Both the position numbers and the translations under genes were made by a program. A stretch of 64,000 nucleotides of DNA from Tubulanus polymorphus. Lineage: Eukaryota > Animalia > Nemertea. Below the pieces are notes generated by a model. That model was given only the letters and a program-made list of their open reading frames with translations, was not told the DNA's origin and ran no database searches. Each line of letters starts with the position of its first letter. Within the stretch, counting starts at the first letter, position 1. This document shows positions 26,799-40,392 of this stretch, piece by piece. The stretch covers positions 6,952,655-7,016,654 of the forward strand of contig NC_134033.1 in the NCBI RefSeq assembly GCF_964204645.1. Direction: 5' to 3'.

Positions 26799-28090
26799 AT
26801 GGATGTAGAAGGTGGAGAAGCTTGTGAAATGGGAGAAATGGGAAATAATAATGAAGGATTTATACCTGATGAACCACAACCTGATTTTAATGAAACTAAT
26901 ATTGATAATGATAATGCATCATCATATAATTCTAATTTAGCAAGACCTGATACTAATGATTTCGTTATCAATGCACGTTCAAAAATAAATACTGAAAATG
27001 AAGTACCAGAAATAACAGGAAAAGAATATGAATATGATGAATTAATTGAAAAATTTAAATCAATATTTAGAAAATCTGGAATTGATTTTAATGATGAAGG
27101 CGCCAACCTTTTAGCGCAAGATCTAAAACATTTAGATGGTGAATTTTATTATCGTTTGAAAAATGATTATTATATTAAGATTACTTATAGAAAAAGAGAA
27201 TCAACTTTGCTTAGGGCAGAACCATCTAGAACTAAAAGAATAAGTAAAAGCAATGAAATAGAAAATGTTACACAAGAAGAAAGAAATGAAAATATTGTAG
27301 TATTCAAATATAGTATTTTTAAATTATTTGAAACACTTACTAAATATTCAGAACTAAACCCAAACCCAGAAACAACCCCTGAACAGAACATAACTTCCAA
27401 AACTAGTAAACTTAAATCAAATAAAGTTCCAATTGAAAATCTTTCACCAAATGGATTACTTGACGCAACAGATCAAGAATTAGAAGATTTAAATATATTT
27501 TCTGATAAAGCAATTAGAGAAATTATTAGTATAAGACTTGCATCTGATAAAATTGCGCATGATAAAAGTATAAGAGAATTTAAAATTAGAACTTTAGAAA
27601 AAGATAGAACTGATACAATTAAAAAAATAGAACAATTAATATTAGATAGAGATAATAAAGTTATTAAAAATTAAAAAATGAAAAAAAGAATGCATATTTA
27701 GAAAAAGAAAAAGATGATTTAGAATATAACATAGAATTACAGAAAGAAGATATTAAATTATTATTAAAATCATATGACTATAATATTAATAGATTAAAAG
27801 TTATTTTTAAAGATTTGTTGATAAAACCAAATTCTGAAATATCATTCAAAGATAGAATAAAATTATTATTCAAGTTAGAAGGTAAAAGAATTCTTTCAAT
27901 TCTAACAGCTGTAACTATGTTATTTACAACAATTGGTTTAGCTATTTCAAATTTATTAAGATCTACGCCTACACCCAATAAACCGGATAAACGTTCAAAT
28001 AATAATAATTCTATACAAGATAAAGTTAAGGATGGTTTGAAAAAATGAGCAAAATATATATGGGAACTATCTAAAAATCTGCTGCATTCA
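26799..28090 (+). pseudogene. Maverick coiled-coil/membrane protein (paralogue of 1833-3258)
   Basis: MDVEGGE..PDEPQPDF..YNSNLARPDTN..(frameshift)..KLLFKLEG..ILSILTAVTMLFTTIGLAISN..KDGLKK; 3'-truncated. Confidence 0.8.
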
Positions 28091-29117
28091 TTAAATTTAT
28101 CATCATACCCTTTATATTTCAAGAATACTTTTTCCTTTAAGAGTTTTTGTTTTCAATTTTGTATTCTATATCATCTGGATTTGGTACAAGTGGTGATTCT
28201 TGTTCATAAAAATAACCTAATATTTCTTCATCTTTTAAATCTTCTAATTTATAAACAAAAGGTTTTGTTAATATCATTTTTTTAATCTTAAAAATTTCTT
28301 CAGTAAAATTTGGAGTATAACCTTTATAAAATGTTTTTCTACATTTAGATATTCTTACATGTTGTCCTATTTTATATTTAGGTTCTCCGAAATTATGTGC
28401 AACAAACGCACCATAGAAATTATTCCAAACTAGTTCTGAATCATCTTCTTTTCTAGCTTGTATAGGTTTCATACCGATACTTGAATGTTTAGAATTGTTA
28501 TAACCTTTCACTAAATCATCTAATACATCGATATATTTATATGTTTCATTAGCAGTAAAATATTTCCCCTTTCTAGTTTTCAATGTTTTATTAAATCTTT
28601 CTATAATAGATGCTTTTTATCTGAGTGTGTTGAAAAATATACTACATCGTTATCAGATAATAATTTTTTAAAATGTTTAATATAGAATTCTTTACATTCA
28701 ACAAATTGTATCTTACCTGGAATAGCTTCTTTAAATATTAACTTAAACGCATTAAGAACTTCTATACCTGTTTTATTTTTGATTGGTATAATCCATGCGT
28801 ATCAGCTGAATATATCTATAACATTCAATATCCAGAAATCTCCTTTGTTGTGTTCTTCTAAGTTGTTCATGTTAATTAAATCTGCTTGCCATTGTTGATC
28901 AATATATGAAACCATAACTTTTCTTTTTAAATGATTTTTATCCATTTTCTTATGGAATTGATATGTAGGTTGGTTTTGTAACCATAATCTTACTTCACTA
29001 TATTTTATATTTTCTTAATCAGATTTAATTTTATCCCATAATTCTGAAACGCTAGAATATGATACTTCACTCTCTGGGTTATAATATAAATCTCTTAGAT
29101 ATTGTTCTTTTTTTCAT
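28088..29117 (-). pseudogene. Retroviral-type (rve) integrase with start of C-terminal chromodomain
   Basis: YYNP..QWQADL..VIDIFS.YAW..KEFY..KASIIERFNKTLK..YNNSKHSSIGMKP..KGYTPNFTEEIF..GYFYEQE..KYKGYDDKFNE, typical of Maverick integrase. Contains stops and frameshifts. Confidence 0.93.
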
Positions 29118-29118
29118 C

Positions 29119-29496
29119 TTATTCTAATCCATCAATAATAATCTTGGTTTATTTTCAATGACTTTATCATTTGACTTTCTGGTATAATAGGTTTATCATT
29201 ATCATCATCTTTATTATTATTATTAAATTTAGATTTATACTTAGACTTATATATTACACCAGAGAATATAATTACTGTGATTAACCCAATTGTAATATAT
29301 AAGTAATTATTTTTCCAGTATTAGAAGAATTAGATGGATAATCATTCGAATTAATAACAGATAATTTTTGTGATTCATTTATATTCAGTTAATTTCTTTT
29401 TCTTAGCTCTTTTTAACTCAGAAGATCTTTTTCCCAACTACCGTGTCTATTTAATTTCTTTTCAGATCTAGGCTTCTTCTGAATATCATCACTCAT
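29119..29496 (-). pseudogene. Small basic protein with one TM helix
   Basis: MSDDIQKKPRSEK..LGKRSSELKRAKK..YLYITIGLITVIIFSGVI. The ATG overlaps the upstream gene stop. Homologues at about 15200-15618, 42943-43300, 59743-60095 and 63690-63893. Confidence 0.65.
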
Positions 29497-30079
29497 TTAT
29501 TTTAGTTAACTTTGGTTCTGATTTAAGATCTGTTTCGATATCTGTTTCGATATTATCACATTTTTTATCTTTATATACTATAGGTTTAATGTTAGAAAAT
29601 GTTATTACACCAGTAGAAATTAATGTCATTATTCCGCCTAATTGGAATGAAGCGTATCCAACCCATTTTTGTAATTCTGTCATAACTAAGTAATCATTTT
29701 TTAAATCACTATATAGTTTATTTTCATCATCAATTGGTATTACTCGCTTACATAACTTAGAGTAACATTTAACTTTTCCATCACTTATAGAATCGTTTAT
29801 TCGAGCTAATCTAGCTTCTTCATATATTTTGAAATATCTTATTACTTTATCTGGTTTCATATCTAATTCTTGAAAAGCGATAATTCTATTTAGGAATTCG
29901 TTACATTTTCCACTGGCAATTAATAATTCTAGATGATGCTTACATGTTAAATAGTATTTATAATCAAGGTTATTATTTTGAATACAATTAGTAACAACTT
30001 TATCATTATTATCTGTAATACCTAAATCTTCAATTGTCTTTTCAATATCAATACTATTTTTACTCGATTTCTTTGACAT
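29489..30079 (-). CDS. Conserved Maverick hypothetical protein ('RIND' family, 196 aa, C-terminal hydrophobic segment)
   Basis: Intact ORF with motifs LELLIASGKC, ARLARIND, DLKNDYLVMTEL, FQLGGIMTLISTGVITFSNI shared by four other copies in the window. Confidence 0.75.
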   Translation of the reverse strand: MSKKSSKNSIDIEKTIEDLGITDNNDKVVTNCIQNNNLDYKYYLTCKHHLELLIASGKCNEFLNRIIAFQELDMKPDKVIRYFKIYEEARLARINDSISDGKVKCYSKLCKRVIPIDDENKLYSDLKNDYLVMTELQKWVGYASFQLGGIMTLISTGVITFSNIKPIVYKDKKCDNIETDIETDLKSEPKLTKINE

Positions 30080-30417
30080 TTATTTTCGCGAAAAAAGCGA
30101 AAAAAATATTATAAAATGGTACTAGTAACTCTTTAGTTAATACTAGCTTAGTTAAGTTTAAGAATTTCTATTCGAAGTTAAAGAATTTTTTTTCAAATCT
30201 TGTCAAAATCTATTTAATCTCTTTTTGAAAAGAAATAATAGATTTTGAATAAAAATATAATAGAAATAATGGCTAGTTAAAGATATGTAATTTTTAATAT
30301 ATTTTATTTGAATTAGGATTTAATACCCCACTACTTTTGTCTATCTATAGGAGCAGTTACAATAACTGTCCAGATAAGTCATTTCGGATCCTCGATAACA
30401 AATCCACAAAATATTCT

Positions 30418-32143
30418 TTAACCACTCAATAAAGATTCAACATATTTTTCATTATTTGGATCAAAATTCAATAATTCAATTAATGTCTTTGCTTTATCTA
30501 ACAGTTCCAAATATAACTGTAAATCTAGTTCATCTCCTTTCCTAATATTTTCCTTCTTGTGGAAATATTTACCACAATTATTTATATTCATTTTTTCATT
30601 GAACTGATATATAATCCAGGATTTGAGAAATTCATCTGAGCAATCCAATAAATTAGATAGTGTAACTGAATGTTTATCTTTACTGAATAAATGTGATAAT
30701 CTAGACCGTAAACATTGTTTCAATTTAAAATTAAAATCTGTTCGGCGCCATTCTTTTTGATAATTTTTATTCAGTTCTTTATAATATTCTCTTTTATTTG
30801 CTTGATATTGCTTAATCTTATCTTTGCGTGTTTCAGTATTATTTCTATAATTTTGTTTGTCACTTAGTTTACTACATGTTTTACAATAACTTTGCTTACC
30901 ATCTTTCTGAGATTTTTGACGCCTTATAAAACGTTACCATCATGAAACCTAAACAATGCTAACCATTCAGCGTCATTTTACAAACGACAACCGTAAATCG
31001 ATGTGCAAAACGTCACAGGTTTATGTGTACTCATACAAGCTATTTGGCAAAATATTATTGATAAAGATGTAGAATGGCTCCCTGTGATTATATAATGACC
31101 TCTATTTGAACGTCGGAATGTTATATTGCATTGAATATCATGAGAAGACGTATTGTAATAGTAAAGGATGTATGATTATATCAGGAGCGGCAGGCATAAA
31201 TAGAAATGATAAGTAAATCGGATTATTCGGTTAAATGGCGGATGTATACACGATTTGGAAGTCTGATATAAAAGTCAGACAGACCCTGTCATGGGGATGC
31301 TAGTGGAATGACGAAGCTATTTACGATCTGAGTAGGGCCGGCGTGAATTTCATCGGCGGCTACAAGCGGTCTATATAAAAACGTGTAAACATATAATTTC
31401 AATATTCAAATGTTTTAGAAAATATGTTCGATATTAGGGGTATGCAGGTTTCATGAGATTAGCAATTTATAATAGCATAGCTGTCATATACGGCTCCGCG
31501 TCCACTGATGGCATGTGTATAAGGTGACAATTCAATTCAATACTTTATTGATCCTTATTACATTGAAATTCCGGGATAAAATTCCCAAATTCAATAAAGT
31601 TACAAATTTTAAACTAAGAAAATACAAAATACGAGACACACGGGTAATTCATACAGAATAACATGAATAAGTTATTTAAATGACAATGTCTACTTCAACC
31701 CAGACTCAAGTCTAGGATATCGAGTGACAGCCAAACCGGGCCCCGGGACCGGGCCGGCTGGCTACACGATATGCTCGAAGTCATGATGAAGCAGACATCA
31801 GAAGAGCTCTTTCTTCAACCATGAAGGCAATGAAGTTGCCGACCAGCTTAGAGGCAAAAGTGAATCGAAGTCGGTCACAAGTTGACAACTTTTTTTTTAA
31901 TTGAACAGTCGAAGACTGTATCATCTACCGAATCGCCAAATCTCATAATTCCCCAAATTTCTTAAAACTTCGATTTCACATTAGCTTATCCCAGAAATTC
32001 TACAGTTTTTTCGCAGGCGTCAAATAATTTATTAAAGTTAATTTTCTTGTTTGATTATAATATTCTGAAAATGATTTATCTAACTCACATTTTGAACATT
32101 TCATATGGTGAATATCTATAGTTTTTGACCGTTTATTCTCCAT
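30418..32143 (-). pseudogene. NCLDV-type Zn-ribbon/HNH endonuclease interrupted by a ~1.1-kb insertion
   Basis: KCSKC..EYY (about 32056-32104) joins RQKSQKDGKQSYCKTC..LRSRL..LLDCSDEFLKSWIIYQFNEKMN.NNCGKYFH (30418-30925). The insert 30930-32054 is flanked by TTATAA on both sides. The HIDH core appears deleted. Confidence 0.65.
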
Positions 32144-32172
32144 TTATAATATATATTTTTACTAAAATTTGA

Positions 32173-35100
32173 TTAACATGTTAGAATCCTGTTCATAATC
32201 TCCTTCTCTTTTGACTCTTCTCTTTTAAATCTTAAGTATTCATCTAAATTACAACCATAAGCGACTGTGTGTGTACCATCATCCAGAATATATCTTTTAT
32301 CATCAAATGGGTTCAAACTTATCTTCTCTATCTCTTCAATAAACATTTCACGATCTTCTGATCTTAGACATTTCATCTTATGTTTTCTAACATCTTCATT
32401 GAATATACAATTGATGTTATCTTTGAAATGAATATTCTTTTCTACTACACTTTTGGTAATTCCTTTCAATTTCTTTGATTCATGAGTTTTAGTTTTATAA
32501 CTATACATTTTAGATCTAATACCTATAAATTCAATCATTTCTTCACCTCCTAATTCATCCTCAAATTTACCAGGAACTTTTTTATTTTCAGTATTATATA
32601 ATTCATGATCTTTAGGATAATTACTAAAATCAAAATGATGTTTTAATGTTTTTAAATCATCTGTTATGTTATTAGTTTTTATCTTTAATATGTAACTGTC
32701 AGTATCAAAATATAAGATTTCTATATGCTTTTCTCCAAAATGAGGTTGTAATACGTTATCGTAAAATTCATACATAATAATTTTGATATTTCTAAAACTG
32801 TTGCTCCAACATAAATTGGTTTATTAAATTTCATAGAAGTTCTTCTCATTTTAACTGCAGCTAAATTTTCATCAAATATTCTGTTACCAATAATATTAGG
32901 ATATGTTTGTAAATGCCTAATTCTTTTACCATTGCTAACTAACTCAATATCATTTTATTTCTTATATTTTCACAAGTCTTACCATAGAATGCATTATTCA
33001 TTAACTTGAAGAAATCTTTTTCGAAATTCGTTTTAGCTTTAGTTCTCTGTTTGGTGTTAAAATCTATATATTTTTCTAACCATTTAGATTGACTAAATGA
33101 AATATATCTATGTACTTTTTTAAGAATCATTCCTTGATTCAAATAGAATTTTAAAATTCTATAATGTACTACATGATTATATTTATCTTCCTGAGTTACC
33201 ATTAACTTTTCTGTATGAATATGATTTTCAGGTTTAATTCTTTTTTGATAATTTGATAATTCTTCATGTGTTGCAGTTTTATGTTCGGGACAGTATGCTA
33301 GATTTCTAGATTTAAATTTTTTATCTTCAGGATATTCCAAGTCTACAACAAAGAAGTAACCAGTCTCTGAATCATCTGCAATATCTAGAATTATTTTCTT
33401 CCAATCAAATTTATCAACATTTTCGTGCTGTAAAATTTTAGTTATTTCAAATACGCAATAAGGTTGAGGTTCCATCATTGCCCAACCATATAGATTATTT
33501 GCATCTATATATAATAACTTATATCCAGGGTTATCATTTACACTGAAATATATATCACCTAATACACCTGAAACTCCTCCTCTTATAGATTTTTCAAATA
33601 ATAATAAATAATCTATATTTGTTAACAAATCCATTTTTATATCCGTAAATTTAATCCACAATCCCAAGTTTAAACCTTGACTAGAATAACAATGGCATGG
33701 ATCAATATTGAAATATTTTAGATTTACATCTCTAAACCTTTCAAATATATCAGTCAATAATAATACATCTGATTTTAGATATATTTCTACCAATTGTCCA
33801 TGATTTTTCATTCCAAAATGATTCCAAATATTCAGTGTTCTATTATAGACTTCATCTTTAACATATTCATTTTTAAATTCATCATAGAATTGTTCTTTTA
33901 ATAATTCAGTTATATTGAAATCGTTATGCGATTTATAAAATGAATATGGAATTGCTCCCATATATCTCATTAATTGAAAATCATCATTATTTGGATAGTG
34001 TTGCTTTAATATTTTAAATTCATCATCAACTAATGATTTTGATAAATTATCTAATGAACTGCTTAAAAATCTATATGAATCTATAAATCTTAGACACCAA
34101 AATTGGAAAGATATATAATTCTCAGATGTTTTAGCTAACATCTTAAATTTATGAGTTGGAATTTTATCTTTTGATCTATTTGAATTTAATCTTTCTATTT
34201 CATTATTGATTTCTTCTATTTCATGACATAACTGTTTGATGAATAAATGAGCATCATACCCTGATAAATTATGAAATATAACTGCAACAAAATTGATTTT
34301 CTTAGCTTGTAAGTTACAATTCTCATGCGCTGCGCCTCTAAACTTTCCATTCAAATGATCATGGACTCTAACTTTTTTATCTTTATAATTAAAAAGTTTT
34401 TCGCAATAATAACATTTATCAGCAAACTCAAATTCTTCTTTATCTTCTTCTGTCATAATTATTTCTTTATTTTCATTTAACTTTTCATTAAATTTTATTT
34501 CATACTCAATTAATAAGTCACAAAAATGATTGATAACATTTTCATTTCTATAATTATAATATTCACTTTCAATTAGTTTTGGATAATCAGATTTTATATA
34601 TAATCCAAAAGCTGCAGCACTTTGATGAATCTTTTTAATAGTATTTGTTATTAGAGGATCTGAATAATCAATTATATCATTTTCAGAATTTAATTTCTCT
34701 CCTTTATAATATATTTCCTTTCTATCTTGGTCAGTTAATTCTTTATTTAATGATTCAAAATCTCCATATATTACAAATGGTACTTTATTCTTGTAATCAT
34801 ATTTTTGAATTCTAATATTTTATCCTTTTCATTTGGTAAAATCATTTTACAATAATCATGATTATCGCATAATTGTTTATGATTTAATAATGCACTTTCA
34901 GTTCTGAATTTAGTTTTCATTTTCTACAAAGATATATTTTACTATCAAAATCATTTTCTGATTTAAAAAATAAATCGATTTGTTTAATCCACATATAATG
35001 ATTCTCCTAATATAATATATCTATAACATCATTTGAATCATACACTTTTGATAAATACAAAGGTTCTAATGTAAAATGTTAAATATTATTACCTTTTGTT

Positions 35101-35609
35101 TTTGGTAATTTGACTAAATCGAATACATTTATCTTTATATTATTATCTTTTTCTATTTTTGGAATTTGTTTAATTTTAACGGGAAAATTATCTATTTTAT
35201 AATAATTTTCAAATGGTTTTATAATGTGTTAATCTAGAACTATGTTTTTTTATAATCTTCAACTGGATGTAAACAACTTATAATTGTCCATAGAAAACAT
35301 TTATCATCTTCATTTTGTAAATTTATAACAGCATTAGTTTGAAATGGTAGTTTAATATAACTTGATCCATCAATATTATCATCTTTATGATATGTCATAA
35401 ATATTATTTCATCAAATGTTAAAACCGATTCTTCAAAATATTTCTCTTCTATTTTACTTTTTATTTCATTATAACATTTATTTAATTTATCATCTATATC
35501 CTGTTTAGATATGATATGTTTTGAATGGGAATTTATATCATATATTGGTTTATCTTCAGATTTTAAAAATTTAAGTTTAGAAGATATACTAATTTTAGGG
35601 TATTCAACA
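32173..35609 (-). pseudogene. polB: Protein-primed PolB, copy D (intein-free)
   Basis: All Exo and Pol motifs, including YIDANNLYGWAM, KLMNNAFYGKT, ILYFDTDSY, KKVPGKF.DE, RSKMYSY, KLKGI and FDDKRYIL. Several frameshifts; 5' end lost at 35609. Confidence 0.95.
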
Positions 35610-38371
35610 TTCCTTTCAATTCGGTTGGTTTTCTATAGTGGCTGTTTCGAAGAGTCTACTATTGAAAAGTGACCATTTTGAAACATCTGGTTTCGATAGT
35701 GCACACTGCAGTAGAGGTGACTGTAAAACCACCCGCCTGTTAACAGTGACTTTGTAACTCCTACCATAGCAGCTACTCTCAAAACACATCGTTTCTGATA
35801 GTCAGCTATTGAAAAGTGACCATTTTGAGATCGCTTGCCAGATTCCCTGTTATAAATACACTGTAGCAACATATGCTTCAGGTTTGCAGTGATACGTGAC
35901 AATATAAACATACGGAAAACTCTACTCACGCTATAGTTTGGGGTATAGTTCTATTTAGAGTGACTCAGTTAAGATCTGAAGATATTGTAGATACTCTTTG
36001 AATGTGAAATGTAATGAGCGATTCCCAACTCTAACCAATAAAAGTCGAGATTGGAGTTAAATTTGTTTACAAATTGTCAATAGTTTTGTAATTTTAAGAT
36101 AAATCAAAATTTCCTTCTTTTCATTGCGATATAATTGAATAAAGAATTCAACTTGAACAAATGCAGCTATTTTCAAGCATAGGTCTGCATTTATTTTTGA
36201 TTTAAATTCTTAGATTAAAAGCGTAATCATAGATTGAGGCTAACCTCTCATTATTGAAATGGTGGTTTATTTTCAACGGGGGCCTTTGCATCTTAAATTA
36301 AGATGTGCATTTCGGAGTGTTCGAATTTCCCTGAATTCTAATTTCGCGAAATCATTGATTTTTTAAAAACAAAATATGCTATATCCATGTGGATTTTTAA
36401 CATTCTAAAGAAATCATCTAAATTATGCCCATATTTGATCGAATTTAATAGAAGAAACTTTTTATGGTATTCAAGATTTCATTTGGATTACGGTAACGGC
36501 CTTTGGTGATCGTCCCTGGGGTAATGAATGAAGAAATCCCGTAATAGATTTTTAAATAAGATAAAATTTGTTAAAGGTGAAACCGCAACGTTTCGACTGT
36601 TGACTAACAGCCATCATCAGGTGGAATGGAGACATTCCTAGTGATAAGGGCTTTTAGTCAGATGGCTGTCAGTCAACAGCCGAAACATTGTGGTTTAATT
36701 ATAATAAATTTCATGATACAAAATTCTATTGTGGAATTTCTTCATTTATCTACAGTTAACACGCTTTAGAGTATTTTCGACTTCTTTGGGTCCTGTAGTC
36801 CTTTAGATCAGAAAGTATTTACTAATCGGCAAAGAAGGCATATACAACCGTGTTGGTCGCAATGAGAGGGATTCCCTGTATATCTGCACCTTGAACCGGT
36901 ACCTTTGTTGATTCTAGCCCGCATTCACTTCCAAATTCAAGTATTGGTAACGTTGGTTTACGATAATTTGAGAAAAAGAGTTTAGTTGGAGAAAACTGAT
37001 AATTATCTTATAATTCAGCGATTCATTGGTTCATCGATTCAGTGAAGTTCAAACACCGTACATTTTGGCATGTTATTATATTGGCACCTTGAAATAAAGT
37101 TTCATATAGATATTGCGGTGCTAAGTTTATTAATATTAAGAGGTAATTACTTTTGGTTCGGGGTATATTGGTGGCCAAAGCAGTTTGTTCACTCGTTCAT
37201 CAATCACTGTCTAGTTAGCCAGTGTAATTGACCTGCTGACAGATAGCTGCTGCTGGGTTTTTGATAACGTATATAAACAATTTACTTTTAACAAAGTAGG
37301 AAAGTATGTGAAACTAGAATTAGAGCCTATTGCATTTCTGTCACATCTTAAGCCAAAAGAAGTTTTCTCTATCAAATGAAATTGCTGACTTCAAAATTAC
37401 ACGAACATCTCAACACTGCACTTTTATACGCTAATCGTTTGATCTTTTATAATAAGTTGGTAATTTCATTTCAACCAAACTGTATAACTACGAAATAAGA
37501 TTTTGATTATGGTATCACTTCTAGCGAGCGATAAAACGATTCAATGTTCATTAACGAAGAAGCAGAGAACAGCGTGACAAAGTGAACATCACATGGATTA
37601 CTTAATAATCGTTTGTATCGAAATAAACAATAAATTCAAGGTTAATTCTAAGTATTTTAGATACATTTTTTTCGTAATTCATTTTTTGAAAATATGATTT
37701 TATTTGTATATTCCTCTCTCATATACCCTTAAAAACAAATTAAGCCTAAAAGACAAATTTATTTTTTGTCTTTCTTTTCTACAAAATCAAAGATTTATGA
37801 ACGCACCAGAATGTTTTATAATCGCAAATGTAAAACAAAAATCTTAAAATTCTAAGAATTCTAGGACTGGCACTATATTTTAGTATTAATGGATTTAACC
37901 CATGATGATGTTACATGAATCAATAGTTTTCCATTTTGTTGAGCGTAATATGATTTAGGGGATTCTTAGCATCTCAAAAACTTTGATTTTCTATTCACAG
38001 AACTGTATTCAAAGCATACAGAGTTCTGTATACAAAGCATATAGGGTTTAACAGTACCTTTGAACCTGTCACGTATCACTGCAAATCTTTAACAGATGCT
38101 GCTATTTTGAACAGGAAATAACCATGCCTTCTCAAAATGGTCACTTTTCAATAGTTGACTTTTAGAAACGATGTGTTTTGAGAGTAGCTGCTATGGTAGG
38201 AGTTACTATCATAAAGTCACTGTTAACAGGCGGGTGGTTTTACAGTCACCTCTACTGCAGTGTGCACTATCGAAACCAGATGTTTCAAAATGGTCACTTT
38301 TCAATAGTAGACTCTTCGAAACAGCCACTATAGAAAACCAACCGAATTGAAAGGAATACTATTTCAGAGTG
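35609..38371. repeat. Pair of inverted ~300-370-bp repeat copies about 2 kb apart (MITE pair or foldback)
   Basis: 35609-35751 is the exact reverse complement of 38213-38357. Degenerate similarity extends to about 35900/38067. Confidence 0.85.
36525..36750. mobile_element. Penelope-like pLTR remnant (inverted pair) containing a hammerhead ribozyme
   Basis: Minus strand 36583-36624: CCAC-CTGATGA-T-GGCTGTT AGTC AACAGTC-GAAACGTT-GCGG. A partial plus-strand copy lies at 36661-36695. Same family as the insert at 56446-56607. Confidence 0.75.
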
Positions 38372-38519
38372 ACTGTTTTGATATGTATACTACTGGAAAA
38401 GTAGCCGATATCGTTAATTGCTTATTGTTCTCAAGTGGCTACTAAGTAAAAGTAGACGTTTGGGCTCAAAAGTGCGATAGACATGTTCTTGGATTCAGCC
38501 TTTCATTTATCAGGACAGT

Positions 38520-40240
38520 AAAGAGAAAACGACTAAGGATACTACCATGCGGGACTCCACTAGTTAGACCGACTTATTCCAAAATGAGGCGTTCCGTTGA
38601 TATCGGCCACCTGTTTTCGTTCAGATATAACTGCTGAGCCATTTGAGCGACCTATTATTGATAATGTTTCCTAGTGGCTTGTTTAGCAATGGCTGATATT
38701 GTACCTTATCAAAGGCTTTGTCAAAATCCATATAGACTAATTATGACCTACAGTCTACAGCATACAGAGTCAAGTAAGGCCATCTGGTCCAGTTGTCCAT
38801 GGTTTCAAGTAGGTCTAATTGACTGTTTGTCGACCTTCCGTTTATGAAACCATGTTGACCGTTGAACAGGATTCTAAAACTGTGCAGAAAACCCGTTATC
38901 GCTGCTATATTTTCCTTTTATTACTGTTTTTGTTGCTGTTATTATTTTTTCCAGACATTGCAATTGATCTATGATATTTGGTTTCGTAATTTCTAGCAAT
39001 GACTTGAACGATCTATATGCTACGATCTATGCTATACGATTATGCACATGCAAACTATTGTTGACGGCATTATCATGACACGAGCAATGAGATCATGACG
39101 ATACGACTGATATCAATGAAATTTTCGTAAAAATCACCTCGCTCAATCCATCAAGACGTTCACTAAAATAATCACACGACGACAAAGAGGAGACAAAACT
39201 CAATTAATCCACTAGGTTCAAAAATTAGTATTACAGTCGCATGTCCACATAAAATTATCCTAAGAAGGAGCGAAAACAAACCGGTCCGTCCTACTCGTTC
39301 AGAGCCGCCATATTAAAATCATATATATCTATCAAATATTGAAATATCCTTCAACTCACTTCGATCGACAAATACTCCGTGCGTATTTTGATAAATCAAA
39401 GTTACAAAAGCACTGTCGGGCCATAAACATCGAAAATTGGGCCCCATTCAATGAGGCGACATGTTTTTCTGAGTCGTCATCTCGAAATCCACCAGAGGCT
39501 GCTCGTCACTTCGATTATCAATTCAAGTGTAAGTAAACAAATTTATTGCCACAAGCCTACACATTCAGCCGCGGTTTTCAAACAGCTTTTTTAACAATTA
39601 ACCATTTTCCTCATCAAATCATATTACCGATATACAGGAAATTTACTGCTCTAGATTTAAAAAGCACTGTGCTGAAACATCGACGAATCGACATGGGTCT
39701 CTACATCGTCGTCCCATCGTCGGGATCAGCTGTGAGTTTCTCCTCATCATGAGAATCAAATCAAGTACAAATAAATTTATTACCAGTGATTTGGCCGCGG
39801 CTTTTAAGCAGTTAGTTTAACAATACCTATTTTCTTCACCTAAATTGCCGTGTATTTACTAGGATAAATCATTAGAGTACCGGTGAGTCGTAGGCCTAAA
39901 CAAAACATGCCGAAGAGATGTAACGGAGAAGGCTGTTGTGTCGACGAGGTATCGAGAAAAGAACATATTACTTCATTTGGCCGCGGGGTTCAATCATTTA
40001 TCAATACTCTATATTTCCTAAAGTACATACCGATCATTGTCAAATCCACAAGGTATTTACTAAATACAAGTATATAACATACTCTTATCCGTAAGCTGGG
40101 CTCACGCTTGATATTCGGAGTAAGCGTTCGCTGTGTCGCTTGAAATGTTTATCGAGTTGTATGCGACCTTTAGGCCTACCGGTACTGAGCTTTACTGTCT
40201 CAAACAAACACAGTATAATTCTTGCGTTTATTAACAGACT
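38520..40240 (+). mobile_element. Family H1 Helentron-type element with captured antisense CR1-like RT fragment
   Basis: The minus strand of 38520-38870 gives degenerate QHGF..GRST..QL..DNWT..YMDFDKAFDKV..SGVP. It is followed by aacccgttatcgctgc and a body homologous to 46500-47500. Confidence 0.7.
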
Positions 40241-40392
40241 CATTGGGAGAGGGGAGAGAGGGGGGGAGAGGGAGAGGGAGAGAGACAGAAAAAATCTTGA
40301 GAACTGATTTGGCGGGAGGTAAGGAGGTTTCATAGGAGGCCAGGTTATGGTGAAAATACTTGCCAAATGAAGCCGTTTGAAAATTAACTTAC

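Larger units (their letters stand above)
26716..35609. mobile_element. Maverick/Polinton remnant D (largest copy)
   Basis: Membrane gene (+) joined by a deletion to integrase (-), TM gene, 'RIND' gene, HNH nuclease and a nearly full-length PolB (-). Confidence 0.9.
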
